A DNA stretch of 64,000 nt, taken from positions 58,034,001 through 58,098,000 of the forward strand of contig CM052817.1 in NCBI GenBank assembly GCA_028534125.1. The letters are read 5' to 3'. The position numbers and the translations under genes are program-made. A model generated the notes under the pieces. That model saw only the letters and a program-made list of their open reading frames with translations, made no database searches and was not told the origin of the DNA. This document shows, one piece after another, positions 1 to 14,710 of this stretch (the first letter of the stretch is position 1; the number at the start of each line of letters is the position of its first letter). This stretch comes from Lama glama. Its lineage: Eukaryota.

Positions 1-1059
1 CATCTTAAATTCTTTGGAGAGAAGCTAATTCAAAACCTCATCAAAATATTAAAATGCTTACAGAGGTAGTCACAGAGGCAAAGGAATAACTTGCTCAAAT
101 ATTATCGTTTCTTTTAATCAATGTTTTCCTTTCAATGATAACGACATTTTTTGACAGTCAAGGTCTGTCATTGTAAGCACCTAAGAGTAAAGTCTTTATT
201 GTTAAATTTTATTTCTCTTTGATGTGCAATGCATTATGTGAGGAAAACAATGGCTTTTCTTTTTCATTACCTTTCTAGTTTAGAATATAGGCCATTCACC
301 TCAAGGCAACTGTATGATGAAAGATAGTTAATCGCTTATTAAAGACTCATTTCAAATTCTAATTCCTCTATGTTTCAACAAAAATACATCATATTCTTAA
401 ATTTCCTCACTTATTACTTAGTATGAAATCTTAAACAAGGAAATAATTGTACAAAGAAGTTGTATCATTAGCTCATTTTAAAATGCAATTTTATTTTGGA
501 AGCTACTGATAATTTAAACAGCAAATGGCCTCATCTGCTTACCTAGCTATATCTCATTTTTCTAAAATTTATTTTTCCACTTTATATTTTTATTTTACCA
601 AAACAAGACCCCTAAGAAGCCATCAAACTTTGTACTACAATTCTTATCTGTAAAGAGAGAAATTATATTCAGAAAAGCATGAATAATTTTACTGTTATAA
701 CATATGTGAAGAGTGACTACTATATTATTGAAAGAACCAATTACATATCACTCACCTCCTTCTAGCTACAATTTACCTTTCAAAAAGTGATGACTTACTG
801 TCTTCTAGAAATAGAAAAGGAGAAATGCCAAAAGATAGTGCTAGATTATGTCATCTTTTCATTTCTAATAACAAATAAATTGGAGTTAAAAGTGATTTTT
901 TTCATCATGACATAACATTAGAAAGTCTGGCAATGTTGGATTAAATTCATTTTAAATACAATTAGAAAGAAAATGTAAATGGAAGGAAATTGTTCAGGTT
1001 AACACCCAGGGTTGAGGTTAGGTAGTGATGTAGAAAAACAATTGAGCATCAAAAGAGGA

Positions 1060-1190
1060 AAACTCCAGTTGGGATCAATGGCCCTGATTCTGCTTAACAG
1101 ACATGTGTACCTTTGTAAAATTATTTTATCCCTATGAGCCTCTAGTTTCCCCATCTGTAAACCTCTATCAGAGTTGTTTTGGGATAAATA
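1060..1190 (+). mobile_element. MIR SINE fragment
   Basis: MIR core-like 'gagcctctagtttccccatctgtaaa...cagagttgttttgggataaa'. Confidence 0.6.
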
Positions 1191-4100
1191 CTTTTTTTTT
1201 AAGTAAAAATTAAAAGCCTTGAAAATTATAACACCTAAAGAAATTAAAATGACTAATTTATTTATATCATGATAATGTTTTCCTTTTACCTGTGTATTTT
1301 TATAAGTAAAGTTGAAATTTTAATACTGTAGTTAAGTTAACAGGTACAATTTTCTCAGAACAATTGACTAGCTCATATCATTATGTTGCTTTATCTGCTG
1401 CCTTTCTGGAATTTTCCTTTACAAAATTTAATTCCATTACAGCTCTCTAATATTGCTACTCTATTATCATAATCTTCATTAGCACATAATTGCCCTTCCT
1501 TCTCCATACTTCTTTTTGCTGGAGACTAATGTAAAATTGCAGTTCATTAATTATGCCATTATAAAACATTCTTGTTAATTTGATTACTTCATGCATTTAT
1601 CTTTGAACCTCCCCTTTCCTGATTTTCTTCCCTGCTCTAGTTATGTTTATTTCTTATTGCATTCATCTTTTTATGGTATAATTTTTTACACAGCTGAAAG
1701 CAATTTATTTTTAAAAGACCTGGATTTATCTGTACCTGAATGGATCATAAAAATCTTATATGCTATAGTTTTTCAGATCAGGAATAATCATATTAAATAG
1801 CATTCATAACATTCCAAAGGGGATTTAGGACTGAGTCAAAGGAAGATTTCAGGATATGACATGTACCCAAAATTCAGATTGGAACTGAAACAGTATGTTG
1901 ACAAAACAGCAGAGAGAAACATCATAGAGAGGGGGAAAAAAATCCAACAATCAATAAATTGCCTATTCAGAGTCCTGAAGATTTTACAGTTAGAATATTA
2001 GCCAGATAGCTTCCTTTCAACCAGACTGTTGCTGTTGTTGCTGTTTTTGTATGGTCTTTGGATCTGGCACTTCTTTCATACATAAACTTAAAAGGAAGCG
2101 AAAGCCCCGTCCAGAGAATTAATGAACTTAGAAATGATCAGACAAATTATAGTCTTTACAAAACACTTTTAGTTATTTTACAGATATTAACTGCTTTGTT
2201 TTGCCAAAAAAAAAAAAAAACCCAACAAAATGTTTTCTGATGACTTCTGGTTGATTGTTTCTTTGTTTTAGGGCTGTTTCCCCGTACTTAGCCATGGTGG
2301 TATCTTGACTTTCCAGGATTCCCAGTAGATGAAAGACAAGGGCATGCATTGATACCTCTTCTCCCTGACACTTTCACGAGTTTCTTGGTAAATGTCCACT
2401 CCCAAACTTCCTGCCCTTCCTACCAACCCCTTGCCAATGGCCCTACCAGATATCTCTAGGTTTGGGGGCAACTTTGAAGGTTTTAAGATAAATATTTGCT
2501 TGCTTTCCACACCCATTTATTTTTTCCCTTGCTCTATTTTACAGGTAACATAGTTGGTTTTTTTTCTGAAAATCTAATAAAAGTCAAATATGTCTACCAC
2601 TGTAAATCTTGTGAAATGACTTGGTTTTAAATGAATTATGGCAGCTAGTTCTTTAATGTAAGCCTGAACTAAACATTCTCATTGGGTAGCCATTTTATGA
2701 TTTATGTTTATATCTTTATCTAGGAAGTATCGTCCCAGATCCCCCAAATCCTTGTAAATGACTGTTATCATAGATGCCTTTTCTACTATATTTTACCATC
2801 AAAACTAGGCTTTTATTAGGGTCTTTTCTGACCAGCCTTTAGCAAAGGAAATCACAATTCATTCCACTTATTCTTTGAATCAGCTTCTGAAGTATATGGT
2901 AATAGGAAGGAAAGTGTTTTGTTATTATTGTAAATAATCTCCAACATCTACATAACATTGTATAGTTTTGGATGTGCTGGCACATGAATTACCTCATTAA
3001 ATGAGACATAAGGAAATTCACAGTTAATAATGTCAGCTCCTGAATGAGATGGTTTACTTTTCCCTTCTCATCACCAGACTTGAGGAGCGTGTCTACTAGG
3101 TTCACGCTCATTATCTGTGAGGATTCCAAAGGCAGCTGCAATGGACTATTGAAGTGAAGAAGAATGACATACTGTCAAGCTGTGTGATTAGAAAAACAGA
3201 ATGTGATTTTGGCAACATGAGAAATTACAGGACAGCGATAGATACACTGAACCAAGAAGGCAGAAAAACAACTAAACTTTATAAAGCAAGTAAAAAGCAT
3301 TAGAGCATTAGAATAATAAATTAAGGTGCTAATAACCTTTCCGAATTTACTTGGTGTGAAACATATCTTGAAAATATTTTCATAGATAGATACAAAGATT
3401 TGACTGGAGCTGCTTATGGAAAGACACATAATTAAAGAAATCACTCATCCAATATCAGCTAAAATTAATTTGACAATTCCTATAATATAAAACCTATAGT
3501 TACATATCTTCCCCCAATTCCCTAATTTGAAATATTTATCTCAACATACAATTAAAAATTATTTGTATTCCAATACTAATAACTAAAAAGGTAAACCTCT
3601 ATGTAACTGGAAAACATGACATCCTCCTTGAATCCTTTTATACCATCCACAGTCCTCCAACCCTTCAGCCTCCTAACCCCAATTATCAAAGCATATAAGA
3701 TAGAGACTTTGGAATTCTTTAGAGAAATTCTTAGAGCATACAAAAAGTCGCTGAATTTAAGGATAGAAACCAAAGAGAATTCATTTATAAGAAAAATGAA
3801 GGATTTGTTGTTCATGTTTTGTTTGTTTTGGTTTGGTTCAGATTGGTTTGGGGGGAGGGGTACTCTGAGTGAGGCAGAGAAGAAAGACAAGGAACATTGA
3901 AGAAAAGAGGAGGGAAAAGAATAGAAGATTGAGCCAGAAGAGAGAACAATGGAAGGAGAACCAGAACAACAGCAGAAGAGTCAATAAGAAAGACAAACAG
4001 AATGGTGGGAGGCTAATGCATGAATTTTGGAAATATCTGTAGACATTTTAAGAAATGATATTTAATATTCAATTTAGTTTGTATTGCAGTAATGTACATT

Positions 4101-5859
4101 TTCAAGCCCCAGAATTTTAGCTATCTGTTATACACACAAAGGTTTCCTGGGAGCATAACTGTGATGTACTTGTGTGTGTGCATGTCTGAGTGTGTAAAGT
4201 AAAATAAAAAAAGGGGGGGTATAGTTAGAAGTGGATAGATGTGTGTACGTTAAATGATCAATTAAGAATATTAGTAAAAATAGGGAGAACACCAAAAGAA
4301 AAACTGAAAAAGTAACAAAGTTGAACATGACATAATTGAATGTTTTTCTGGTGCTGGTCCCCTATGGAAAAAGCTAGCATTCAATTTTAGGTTTTGATTC
4401 ATAAGGGAAAACCAGATGCCATCATAGTGTAACCCTGCCCATTAAACACTAGATAGATTGGCATATAAGCCAGTTTTAAAATATGTAGAATGCTCACCCA
4501 CCTCACCAGAATGTCCCTGCCTTCCCAGGGCCAGAGGGAGTGACTGTGTTCATGTGTGTGGGGGGTGTCTGTTTTAGGTTGAGGCAGGTGGGGCTGGATA
4601 AATTCTCATGGCTCTGTTGGCACCAAATTTCACATTCAGTGATTTAGTTCAGTGTCCTTATTCATCCAGAAGTACAATCTAGTTCTTTTCTCCCACATTC
4701 TTGAATACCATGAAACACTAATAAAAAACGGTAAATTCTATCTGGATAGTCTTTAAATTCTAATTACAACTGCATGTTAACAGAAAGGCCTGAAAAAGCT
4801 AAAAAGATCATTCTTTAATGACAGAACAAGCTTCACGTTGACAGCTGGAAGTAGAGGGAGAATACAGAGAAATTACTAAGATGAAAACTAATTAGTTTAT
4901 CTGTAATTCCAACCCCACTGATAGTCAAATATTTTTTATTCTTGCCTACATGAATTACCACAAGATTTCTATCTGGAAAAAAAACATTATGTACCTATTA
5001 TAACCTTTTTGTTCCATGAGTGCTTCTGGGAATAATTATCTTTGAATTACCTTGATTTTAGGTTTAAAAACAAACAAACAAACGCAAACCCATGGGTGTT
5101 CTCTTGACTGTTATTTAGTTCTATCTGTATTCTGTATTGGGTGGAGTTTTGTTGTAGAGAGCACACTCCTTGCTAACTGGTTTAAACATAAAGAGGTTTA
5201 CTCCTGGCTATGAAATGGTTTGCAGAATTTGGGGGAATGCTACAGAAACTGATTTAAGGCTGGACATTAAGGTACAAGTCGTAAAGTCAAACAACATCCA
5301 GGAAAGGGTCCTGATGCTGTACAGTGCGTTGGAACTGAACAGCTCAAGAGTCTTCTGATCTGGAAATGATAGGAATGTGTTGAGTCAGGAAGCTGACTCA
5401 TAAATTAGGAAACTATTACAATTCTGGCTTCAAAACATACCACTATTACTATACTATATGTGAATAAAATGGATATTTCCTGCTTAGTTCCTCTTCAGAG
5501 ATATCTTTCTTCCAATTCCAGGTCAAGAGAATCCAAACATTGGTGGAAATTAAATCATACAGGGGGACTTCAGGGAGTCTGGTAAGTGTGGCCTTTACTT
5601 TCCAGCCTCTGTACACTTAAAAGTGGAAGGAATATGTTTCTGAGTGAGTTGGTTCTTGGTACCAGCCACGTATTCTTCTTGGTTGCAGCCTCAGGGAGTT
5701 AATATAGTAACATATACTATTAATTAAAATATTTAGAATAAACTGGACTTATGAATAAAACATGAGAATAAAATTTGAAAATCCTTACTAATAGTAGGGA
5801 AGAGTAGCATGCAATCTCGAATAACATAGATTTATAGTTCTCAATTAGTTTCATACATC

Positions 5860-6010
5860 CTCTACAGGGACATTTGGAAATGACTGGGGAATGCTATGGG
5901 CATCTGCTGGACAGGACCAGAAGCAGCACACTGGACATTTAATAAAATATGTTGCAATGGAGAATTATCTTACTTTAAATACCAATAACCTCCTTTTTCA
6001 GAAATATTGA
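5860..6010. mobile_element. hAT-Charlie MITE remnant (MER3/MER20-like)
   Basis: 'gggacatttggaaatg...gggaatgctatgggcatct...gaattatctt...cagaaatattg' resembles the MER3/MER20 layout. Confidence 0.45.
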
Positions 6011-6228
6011 CACAAGTTATCTCCAAATAATTTTAAAAACCTACATCATCATCAGAAAAATTTGCTGGCTTGAATAGCATCTATTTTTTTTTTTTATTTT
6101 TTCTACTCTCTTATGGAAGGGCACATACCCAGATGAATGTTTCCTATGTATGGCAATAGGTGAAAAAAGAAGCATGAATAAAAGGGATTAATATTTTATA
6201 ACAAAAGAAACCATTTGATTTTAGTAAA

Positions 6229-6414
6229 TAGTGGTCCTCAAAGAATGTTCAGCTAACCAGAAGCACTAGCATCACCTGGGTACTTGTTATAGAAATAAAA
6301 ACCTCTGCCCCAAACCAACTAAGTTAGAAACTCTGGGTTTGGGGTGTAGCAATCTGTGTGTTAACAAGCCCTCCAAGTGGTTTTTAATACACTTTAAACT
6401 TTCAGACAACTGCT
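6229..6414. mobile_element. MER5A (hAT-Charlie MITE)
   Basis: 'tagtggtcctcaaag...agcatcacctggg...agaaactctggg...gcaatctgtgtgttaacaagccctccaagtgg...gacaactg', with degenerate terminal inverted repeats. Confidence 0.85.
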
Positions 6415-6655
6415 GGAATAAAAGCGTCAAGGAGTGAATGCTGTAAGAGTTTGGTGTATGTAGAGAATCTGAGTTTTCATATGTGATGAGTGTGTTAAAT
6501 GGAAAGAAATATTTTGTATTAAATTGGCCTGCATTGGATTGGGTCTCTCTAATAGCAATTCTCCCCAAGCGTGATATCCAAGAAGATATGGAAGAGAATA
6601 GATTTAAGGAACGAGACACACTGAGGAATGACCCCAGAGAAATCCAGAAGCGGAG

Positions 6656-7252
6656 TGTATTAGTTTTTTATGAATGCTATAAAAAATAACCACAAACTTA
6701 AGGTCACAGCTTAATTATCTCACACTTTCTGTTAATCAACAGTCTCACAGGGGCCTTATTCATGTAAAATCAAGATAGCCACCAGGGCAGCATTTCTTAC
6801 TTGCGGCTCTGCAGAAGAGTCTGTTTCCCAGCTCATTCATGTTATTGGCCAAAATCAGTTCCTTGAGGCTGCAGGACCGAGATCTCCATTTTCATACTAG
6901 CTGTCAGCAGCAGGCCCCCCTTTGCTTCTAGAGGCCTCTATCTAGTTCATGCATAAAGCCACCATATCAAACCTTTCTCACACTTGGAGTCTTCGATTTC
7001 CCCTGTTGCTCTTCATATTCTGCCTCCCTCTTCCACCATATCTATCTGACTCCAGCCAGAGAGCATTCTCTGCTTTTAAGGGATCATGTGGTTAGATTGG
7101 CTTCGCCTGGATAATGCAGGTTACTCTCCTTAATTTAAAGCCTGTAGCTTCAAAGGCATCTTCAAAGTCCCCTTTTCCATGTAACAACGTATGCACAGGT
7201 CCCAGGGATTAGGGCAGGGACATCTTGGAGAACCATGATTCAGCATGCCATG
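6656..7252 (-). mobile_element. MaLR solo LTR (MLT1 family)
   Basis: Starts 'tgtattagttt...taaccacaaactta'; internal 'ttcatgttattggccaaaatcagttccttg'; end 'caggtcccagggattagggcagggacatctt'. Confidence 0.85.
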
Positions 7253-8927
7253 TGGGGAAATTGATTCATTCATGCCTTCAGCTATAGCATTAACTGGGCC
7301 AGGTTCTAGAGTGCAAAAAAAATGAATGCTGTATTTCTCTCTGTCAAGGATTTTACAGTCTGGACTATGTTAGAGGCAGATGAGGGAATCAGAGAGAGAG
7401 AGAGGGCTTATTAATGAGACAATTCACTTGTAATAGTGATTCCTAGATGTACTATAATCTTTATGTTAATAAAGATTTAATAATAAGAATCTCAGGCAGC
7501 GGAATTTCAATGGCAAGTAGTTCCATTTAGAAAATCTGTCCACTTATCAGGGTCTCAGGTAGGGCACTTGGTAGCAGCTAAGTCTCCAGACTTGGTGAGG
7601 AGCAGGAAAGAGTGATTTCCAATCATTAAACCTAAATAGAGTCCAGTCTCTCAAAGGGACTGAGGCGTCGTAAGTGAAACTAGTGAGAACTTAAAAATGG
7701 AGACCAAGGTGGAAACACAGTAGTACAACTCAACCATATAGCAGTAGAAAGGAGAAGGACACTGGGGTTTGGGGGAACCACGCACAAACACAGGAACTTC
7801 CCTCAGTGGTTCCGGGTGTTGTGTCTAAATTGGTACTAAAGGGACCTGAGGAAACAATTCAGAACAGTGGTCATCACTGGGTGTGTTTAGAAGCAGCAAA
7901 AGCTTGCGTGCAAACACCTACCTCAGGTTCTACAGCAGAGAAGGACTGATCCTGGAGATTGTTTCAGGAGGCCATGAACTCACAGAACTTGACTGTCCTT
8001 CACTATTTCCTATGTCTGTGTGGATTTGGCAATTTTCTGTCAAACCGGAAGCTTTTCTCTGTATTTTAGATAAAAGATGTAAAGATGAGTAAAACAATAC
8101 TCCAGGTGGTAACAGCCGCTGAGAATTTAGGGTTTGGAATATAGAAGCTGTTTTTGGAAACAGACTCATGTCATATGGGTCAATAGTAATTTATTGAAAT
8201 CAGCTTTTAAGATGATTGTGGGCTTGATATATTGGATATATTATATTAACTTATTTTCTTTCTTTCCTTTCTTCCTTTCCGTTGTAATATGGATTGTATT
8301 AGTATTTTTTTTACAATAATGCATTAGAGAGAAAATTATGAGGAGAGTTGGGAATCTTGAAATGTTTTCAATTTTCAGTGACTAGAACAGAGGGTGATAT
8401 TAGTACGTGCCAAGCCCAGATACCTTACTTTTTGCCCTACTCAGCACATTTTGCTTCCTAAATAGAGGACATACATTCTCCCCTAGAAATGGGGCATTTT
8501 GTTTGACAATAAAGAAAAATTAAATAATTTCCAAAAGATGATCTTTTTCAGTGAGAAAATAACAGCTAGAGTATCACCATGTAAGTCTTAGTTTCCTAAT
8601 CTCAACTCTCTCATTAAAGTGAGAAAGCCAAGGGAAGAGATAAAAGATGTATCCTACTTATATAGGCAAATCTTTCTACTGACGTAAAATGAGAGAGAGG
8701 AGAAAACCATAGCAGGTCTTTGGGGAAAGCCTCTAACTCAGGAAACATTTAGCACCCCGGAAGCTTCTGAGAAGTAAAGATAAAAGAGAGGAGTTGATAC
8801 GGGAGAACAAATAGTTACGTGTGTGAAAAGGAATTGCCTTTGAGATTTTTAAAAGTCACATTTCTAAGAGTTTTGAGACTTCATTTTTTCTAATGAATAA
8901 GCTTGACTTTTAAACAGCCATTGGCAT

Positions 8928-8965
8928 ACACACACACACACACACACACACACTCATACACACAC
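8928..8965 (+). repeat. (CA)n microsatellite, interrupted at its 3' end
   Basis: Directly visible. Confidence 0.95.
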
Positions 8966-11900
8966 GTATATGTTGATTATTGCTTCTATTTCAAATTTGT
9001 ATTAGAAATCCCAATAGAGAAGCACTTTGCTGCTTTTAACAATGTAACCTGTCTCAGGTAACAGCAAGTCAATCCTTAGCAGGGCTTTATCCAACTCTGG
9101 GGCTGATGCCCTGGTTTCCACGGACCTTTAGGGATCACTAGCACTTCCAATTGTGCCAGGGTGGTGTGGCCCGTGCATTACGTGAGGCTAGTGATAATGC
9201 TATATTTGATTGTACATGTTCACATTATGGTTTTATTATCAATTGGATTCTGAATCTTTATCATAATATTTGGAGGGCACAAGACCACGGATAATGAGGA
9301 CAGAGGGTTATGCCTGGATTTTAGGCTCACTCCAGATGTGACTGACCTTCCATAAATTAGTTACCTTCCCCTTGATTCAGCAAGAACTGCAATCTATGGT
9401 GGCTTGTGGCAAAGCTAACTGCAGGTGGTTTCCACATGAAACGTAGGATCCATATAATTGTGTTTTCCTGTGACTCTCATGTGAATTAACTTTTACCTCA
9501 TAAACCACAGAGAAGAGAAATTGCTAAAATTTGTTATAAAACACTTGCATTAAAAAGCATATATTGCTATGGAAATGCTAACTAATGATAATAACTATTG
9601 GAATAAAGAGTAATTGAAGGACTAAAAATAGCTCACTCCAGGCAAAACTGAGCATGTTCTTCTAATTGTGCTAGTATTATACAGAAAAAAATAAGCAAAG
9701 ATTTTAAGATGACATGTTTTATTCAACAGCCTCACAGACATAATTCTCTTGGGTCTTCTTATTTTTGATTGCCTCTATTAATTGCTTTAACATTTTCCAA
9801 CAAGTGTATCCCAGAGCCAAGAATGCCCAGTGTCCAAACCACTGATGCTTGGGGCAGGTGGGCCACAGCTGCATGAGACATAAAAATCACAGCTGGAATG
9901 CTTCTATTCTCTGTCTAATTCTAAATATTTTACCTTACAATATAGTGCTCAAATCCAAAAATATGTCTATACTAATTCTCTAGGAAAACTAGGTCCAATG
10001 TTCCTAATTTTTCTACACTTTAAAATGAAAACCTGAGAAGTTATATTAGTTTTGCTATTACTAACAATTACTATTTTTCTACAATGTAAATAATTATGAG
10101 AATTCTACCTTTCTTTTCAATTTGCCTAATTTGTGTAATTGATTTCCAGTCATACAAAGTCCATCACTGCATAAGCCAGAATAGTATAATGTTGGCAAAG
10201 TAAAGCTACAGGTTACCACGTATTGTCTTCAATATAGCAAAGCCTTACCTGAATAGAATTTATTCTGAATCTGAAAAAAACAAAAAGTGGGTGAAATATA
10301 AGACAAACACATTTAATGAAACAGTGTATAACTTGACTACTTTTTGATTTATAAGAAAATTACACATAGAAATAAAAATTATTATTAAATAATAACATGA
10401 TTTATAATAAATTTTGCCAAAAACACTTGATCAGAGGCCTATCTAGAATTCTATTTTCTGAGGAATTAAGGCAAAGAATCCAAGAGACAAGTTGATTTTA
10501 TGTAGCTTTCAGACAAACTAAAGTATTTAATTCATGGAAAAGTTCTTTCTCTAGGCATCTACCAATTTTTTTTTTCTTTATTCTCACTTGATTTCTTTTC
10601 TTCCATGGGCTGTTTTTCCACTTTTTTTTTTTTTAATCAGGAAACGACTCCTGGAAAGCATAATTAACATCTTCAGGTGGATATAAAAGTCTTAGCTTCC
10701 TATTACATAATAAAGCATTCTAATATCAACATTCTATTTAAAACTATCATTGTATTTATTTCCACTCAGTCTGAAGGCTGGAATAGAAAGGCCTTAAGAT
10801 CTTGTTAAAGAGTGTTTCTGCTGTCAAAGAGTAACCCATGGAGTAGGTAGATAATCCATTTAGAAATGTTGTTTCAGAAAATTAAAAACAAATTTAGTTA
10901 CCTCGAAATACTAGTGAGTGCCCTTTACACGGCGCAGCTGATAGAAATTTGTGCCTCTCCTATTTTCTAAATCTCATAACCTTTTCTATTGGGCATGAAA
11001 CAGATATACATCTACCATCACCTGTTATTGCATTGTTATAGATTATAGCCCAAGCTGAAACAATAATAGAATTCATTTTCTATTTCAAATAGATTTAACA
11101 ACAACATATTCAATCTAAGCAGCTTTCTTGACCATACGTCCCTCCACTAAAGGCATATTTACAACCATAATTCAATGACTCAATGCTGCCACTCTTCTGT
11201 ATATTTACTTAGTGTTAATGTTTTAGGAGATAACAGTGCCTTGCAAATACTGTAAATGTTTTAATACTATAACACTCAACAAGATGTAGACTCTTTCATA
11301 TGTATTTTGAAGGGTGGAAAAGGCCATGTTTCTAAAGAGGTTGGTGATAAATTCTAGAACTGGAAATTTGCTTCTTATTTCTAAACAATAAAAGATACCA
11401 TGTGAAACTATATTTTAAAAAACTGTGCCTCTATTCTTTTCATTGGTATTATAAACCTGTTCATTACATTGCAAACTGACTATAGTACTCATTACAAAGT
11501 AAAATAATAAATAGAAACAATGAAAAGGACAAGTTTGCTAATAAGGATAATTTATTGTATCTAGAGAATTTATTATACTTCCATGCATTGCTATTCTTGA
11601 GTTGAGCAGCATTACCTCCCCATAGCTGAGACAAGCTTACAATGTTTTAATCAGAGGAAACTAGCAGTTTTACTATTTCAACTGAATTATAATATATTTA
11701 GTCTTGTTGTTTTTGCCACAAAGCCCAAACTCCTAAACTGTGATATTTGTCTCAGGTATGATTGTGTAGTGGGGCAAAAATAAAAATGTTCTTAAATATG
11801 TGCACTTCTGCATGCGTCTTTTAAAACATTCCAATAAATCTCATGTTATTATCCATGAGAAATTTAACTAGGCTAATTGACTACATGGAACAAATTAGTG

Positions 11901-13094
11901 TGAACCTCATTAATATAGTCATGAAAAATTGAAAATGTCTCTTTTAATTATCCAACATAGAAAGGAGCAAAATTCTTACTGGGAATTTTTAATGTGACAT
12001 ATAACCCATTGATATATTAATTAAGTCTGTATATTATAACTATATGCATATTATATATACATATACTAATATAAAATTTTTAACTAAGAGCAAATGCTAT
12101 GAAAAATAAATACCAGTTTATTAATTATAATTCAATTTAAATAATTTAATTCTAAAGCTATATGTATTTGATCTATTGACTTTTATGTCTCAATAAAAGT
12201 GATTGCATAGAAAAACTTTTATGAAGCCTATGTCTGAATATAGCAATTTCTCAAAAATCTGATCATAGGAAATAAAATAAATTTTCTCTGTTAATAGTTA
12301 TTATTGTCTTTAATGATGCCATGATCTAATAAATACAGAAATAAAATTATCATTATTGTTTTGTCCTTAATTATAGTAAAATTACAGTAAAATTTTACTA
12401 ATTTACAGAGTGAGAGGACAAATGGAATTCTGAATCACAAAAAATATTTTAAAGGGGATTGATTTTATTATGTTCACATAGATATCAAAAGTAGGTTAAC
12501 AAAGTGATAGGAAATGTCCTGAGAAGCACTAACTTAATAGATAAAAGGGAATGATTTATACAGCTTCTCATTTCTCATGGCTTATTAATTATTAATAATA
12601 TCTTTAGATTCTGTTCTTTTAAACAGTTTAGACGTGTTCCTTGCAAATACTATTACCAAAGCTTAATTTTTTTTTAAACTAGCTGTATTGCCAGGGGTTA
12701 GAAATAATTTCCAGAAGAAGAAAAATAGACCCTTTACATTCCATCCTCAAAACCAGCTGCTCTGACAGCATTAAAGAGAACACATTATTCCTGCTTCCCA
12801 GGAAGAAAAGGAATGTTCTGGTAACTGAAATCAGGAATTTACAAGGCATATATTTAATTCAGGTAAAAGTTATGATTCAGGTAATGTGTACAATTTCTAG
12901 TCAGGTTCAGGGAAAGTTATTGTGGCTAATCTCAATATTGCCTAGAATACATAAATGACATCTGACTTAACACTTATGAAATACATATTTTTTTATTTTT
13001 CTTTAGAAATTTGAGATTGACACACACAAGGAAGCCAATATGAGGCTTAAAATTGCCTCCTACATATTTTCTTCCTAAGACTTGGGTGAGAGAT

Positions 13095-13350
13095 GAATTC
13101 ATTCAATCACTATTTTGATAAAGATTTAATGGACAGCTTATTTTGTGCTAAGCACCAAGCCAGGTGCTGAGTATACAATTCAAGACAGACAGTCTTCAAT
13201 CTCATGGTTTAGAGTTAAATGGAAGAGCTGGATACTAAATAATTTATAGTACAAATAAATAATTACAATTGTCATAATGCTATGAAGCAAAAAATAATAA
13301 TAGTAAAGGATGTTAGAATTGAAACGTTTCACATGGATCTTAAAAAGAGG
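13095..13350 (-). mobile_element. L2 LINE 3' end
   Basis: 'attcattcaa...tgtgctaagcaccaagccaggtgctgagtataca...gacagtcttcaatctcatgg'. Confidence 0.65.
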
Positions 13351-13688
13351 AATCTGCAAGGATTTGGCCATATTTTTCCATCCAGCAATGCTCAAGATAG
13401 GGAAATCTTAAACCCAAAGGATATCACCAGACTAGTCATTAGACAGTACACTTGTTCTAGAGCACAAATAATTCCTTAGGCTTTACCCATGGCCTAAATG
13501 AAATGAACCTTGATATTATCTCTCTCCCTTTTTCTTGAGTATATTCACAAAACAATATTTTGATTAACAACTTAGAATTCCCAGTACCTTTACACTGGGA
13601 AGGAAATGCTCTGGATAGCATACACAAATATGTTAGTCACTGGAAAATATATTCCATAAGAGAAGGTAATCTGAGGGTGCAAGAAATC

Positions 13689-14400
13689 TAGCTTTATTGA
13701 GATATAGTTGACATAGAGTATGTATAGGTTTAAGTTATAAGATGCGATGATTTGATACACGTGTATATTGCAGAATGATTATCACAACAAGCTTAGTTAA
13801 CGCCTCCATTGCCTCATATAATTACCACTTTTATAGTGATAATATTGAAGATCTACTCCCTCAGCAGTTTTCAAGTATATAATACAGTACTGTTAACTAT
13901 AGTCTCTATGCTATACATTATATCCCTGAATTTATTCATCAAAGGACAGAAGTTTGTCCAACATTTCCCCACTCCACACACCTCCTACCCTCCTATTTAT
14001 CTCATTCTTGTTCCCATTTCTATGAATCTGGATTTTTTAGATTCCACATATAAGTAAGATTATACAGTATTTGACTTTCTCTGACTATTTCACTTAGTAT
14101 AATGCCCTTAAGTTCCATTTATTTTGTCATATACAAGGCAGAATTTTCTTCATTTTTATGGCTGAATAATATTCCATTGTATGTATACACCACAGCTTTT
14201 TCATCTATCTTCTGTTGATGGACATTTATGTTATTTCCGTATCTTGGCTATTGTGAATAATGTACAATGAACATGGGGGTACACATATCTCTTTGAGATT
14301 GTGATTGTATTTCCTTTAAGACATATATCCAGAAGTGGGATTGCTGGATCCTACCATAACTTTATTTAAAATTTTTTTAGGAAACTATATTGTTTTCTGA
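13689..14400 (-). mobile_element. L1M (L1MA-like) 3' end
   Basis: 'tttattgagatatagttgaca...ttagattccacatataagt...ggctgaataatattccattgt...ccagaagtgggattgctggatc' are antisense L1 3' motifs. Confidence 0.9.
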
Positions 14401-14710
14401 AGGAGTCAGCCTGTGCTAGAGTGGGCCAGGGCTGGGCTGTGTGGTAAAGCTGGGTGCCACTTCACTCTCCTTCTCCAACGAGGAGGATGTCTATTTCTGC
14501 ACTGGGCTGCCTGGACTTGGAGGAGGGATGGTGGGGGTAACTTATCTTTCCTATCTTCTATGCATTTCATATTTCTGTGCTTCACCCAGGTGCTGTAATC
14601 CCTCACCTATATTTATAGTTCTTAAGAAGGTATTTTCATGCATAGAACGTTGTTCAAATTGGTGTTTTTGTTTTATTTTTAACATGAAGGTTGGATGTGG
14701 TGGTGGTTAA
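14401..14710 (-). mobile_element. L1M 5' UTR fragment
   Basis: 'tatttctgtgcttcacccaggtgctgtaatccctcacct...gaaggtattttcatgcatag...ttgttcaaattg' resembles the antisense 5' terminus of old L1M elements. Confidence 0.65.

Noticed and set aside
599..647. Minus-strand exon candidate with a good acceptor
   Set aside because: The acceptor coincides with a MIR-like 'ttcttatctgtaaa' motif and the donor is weak.
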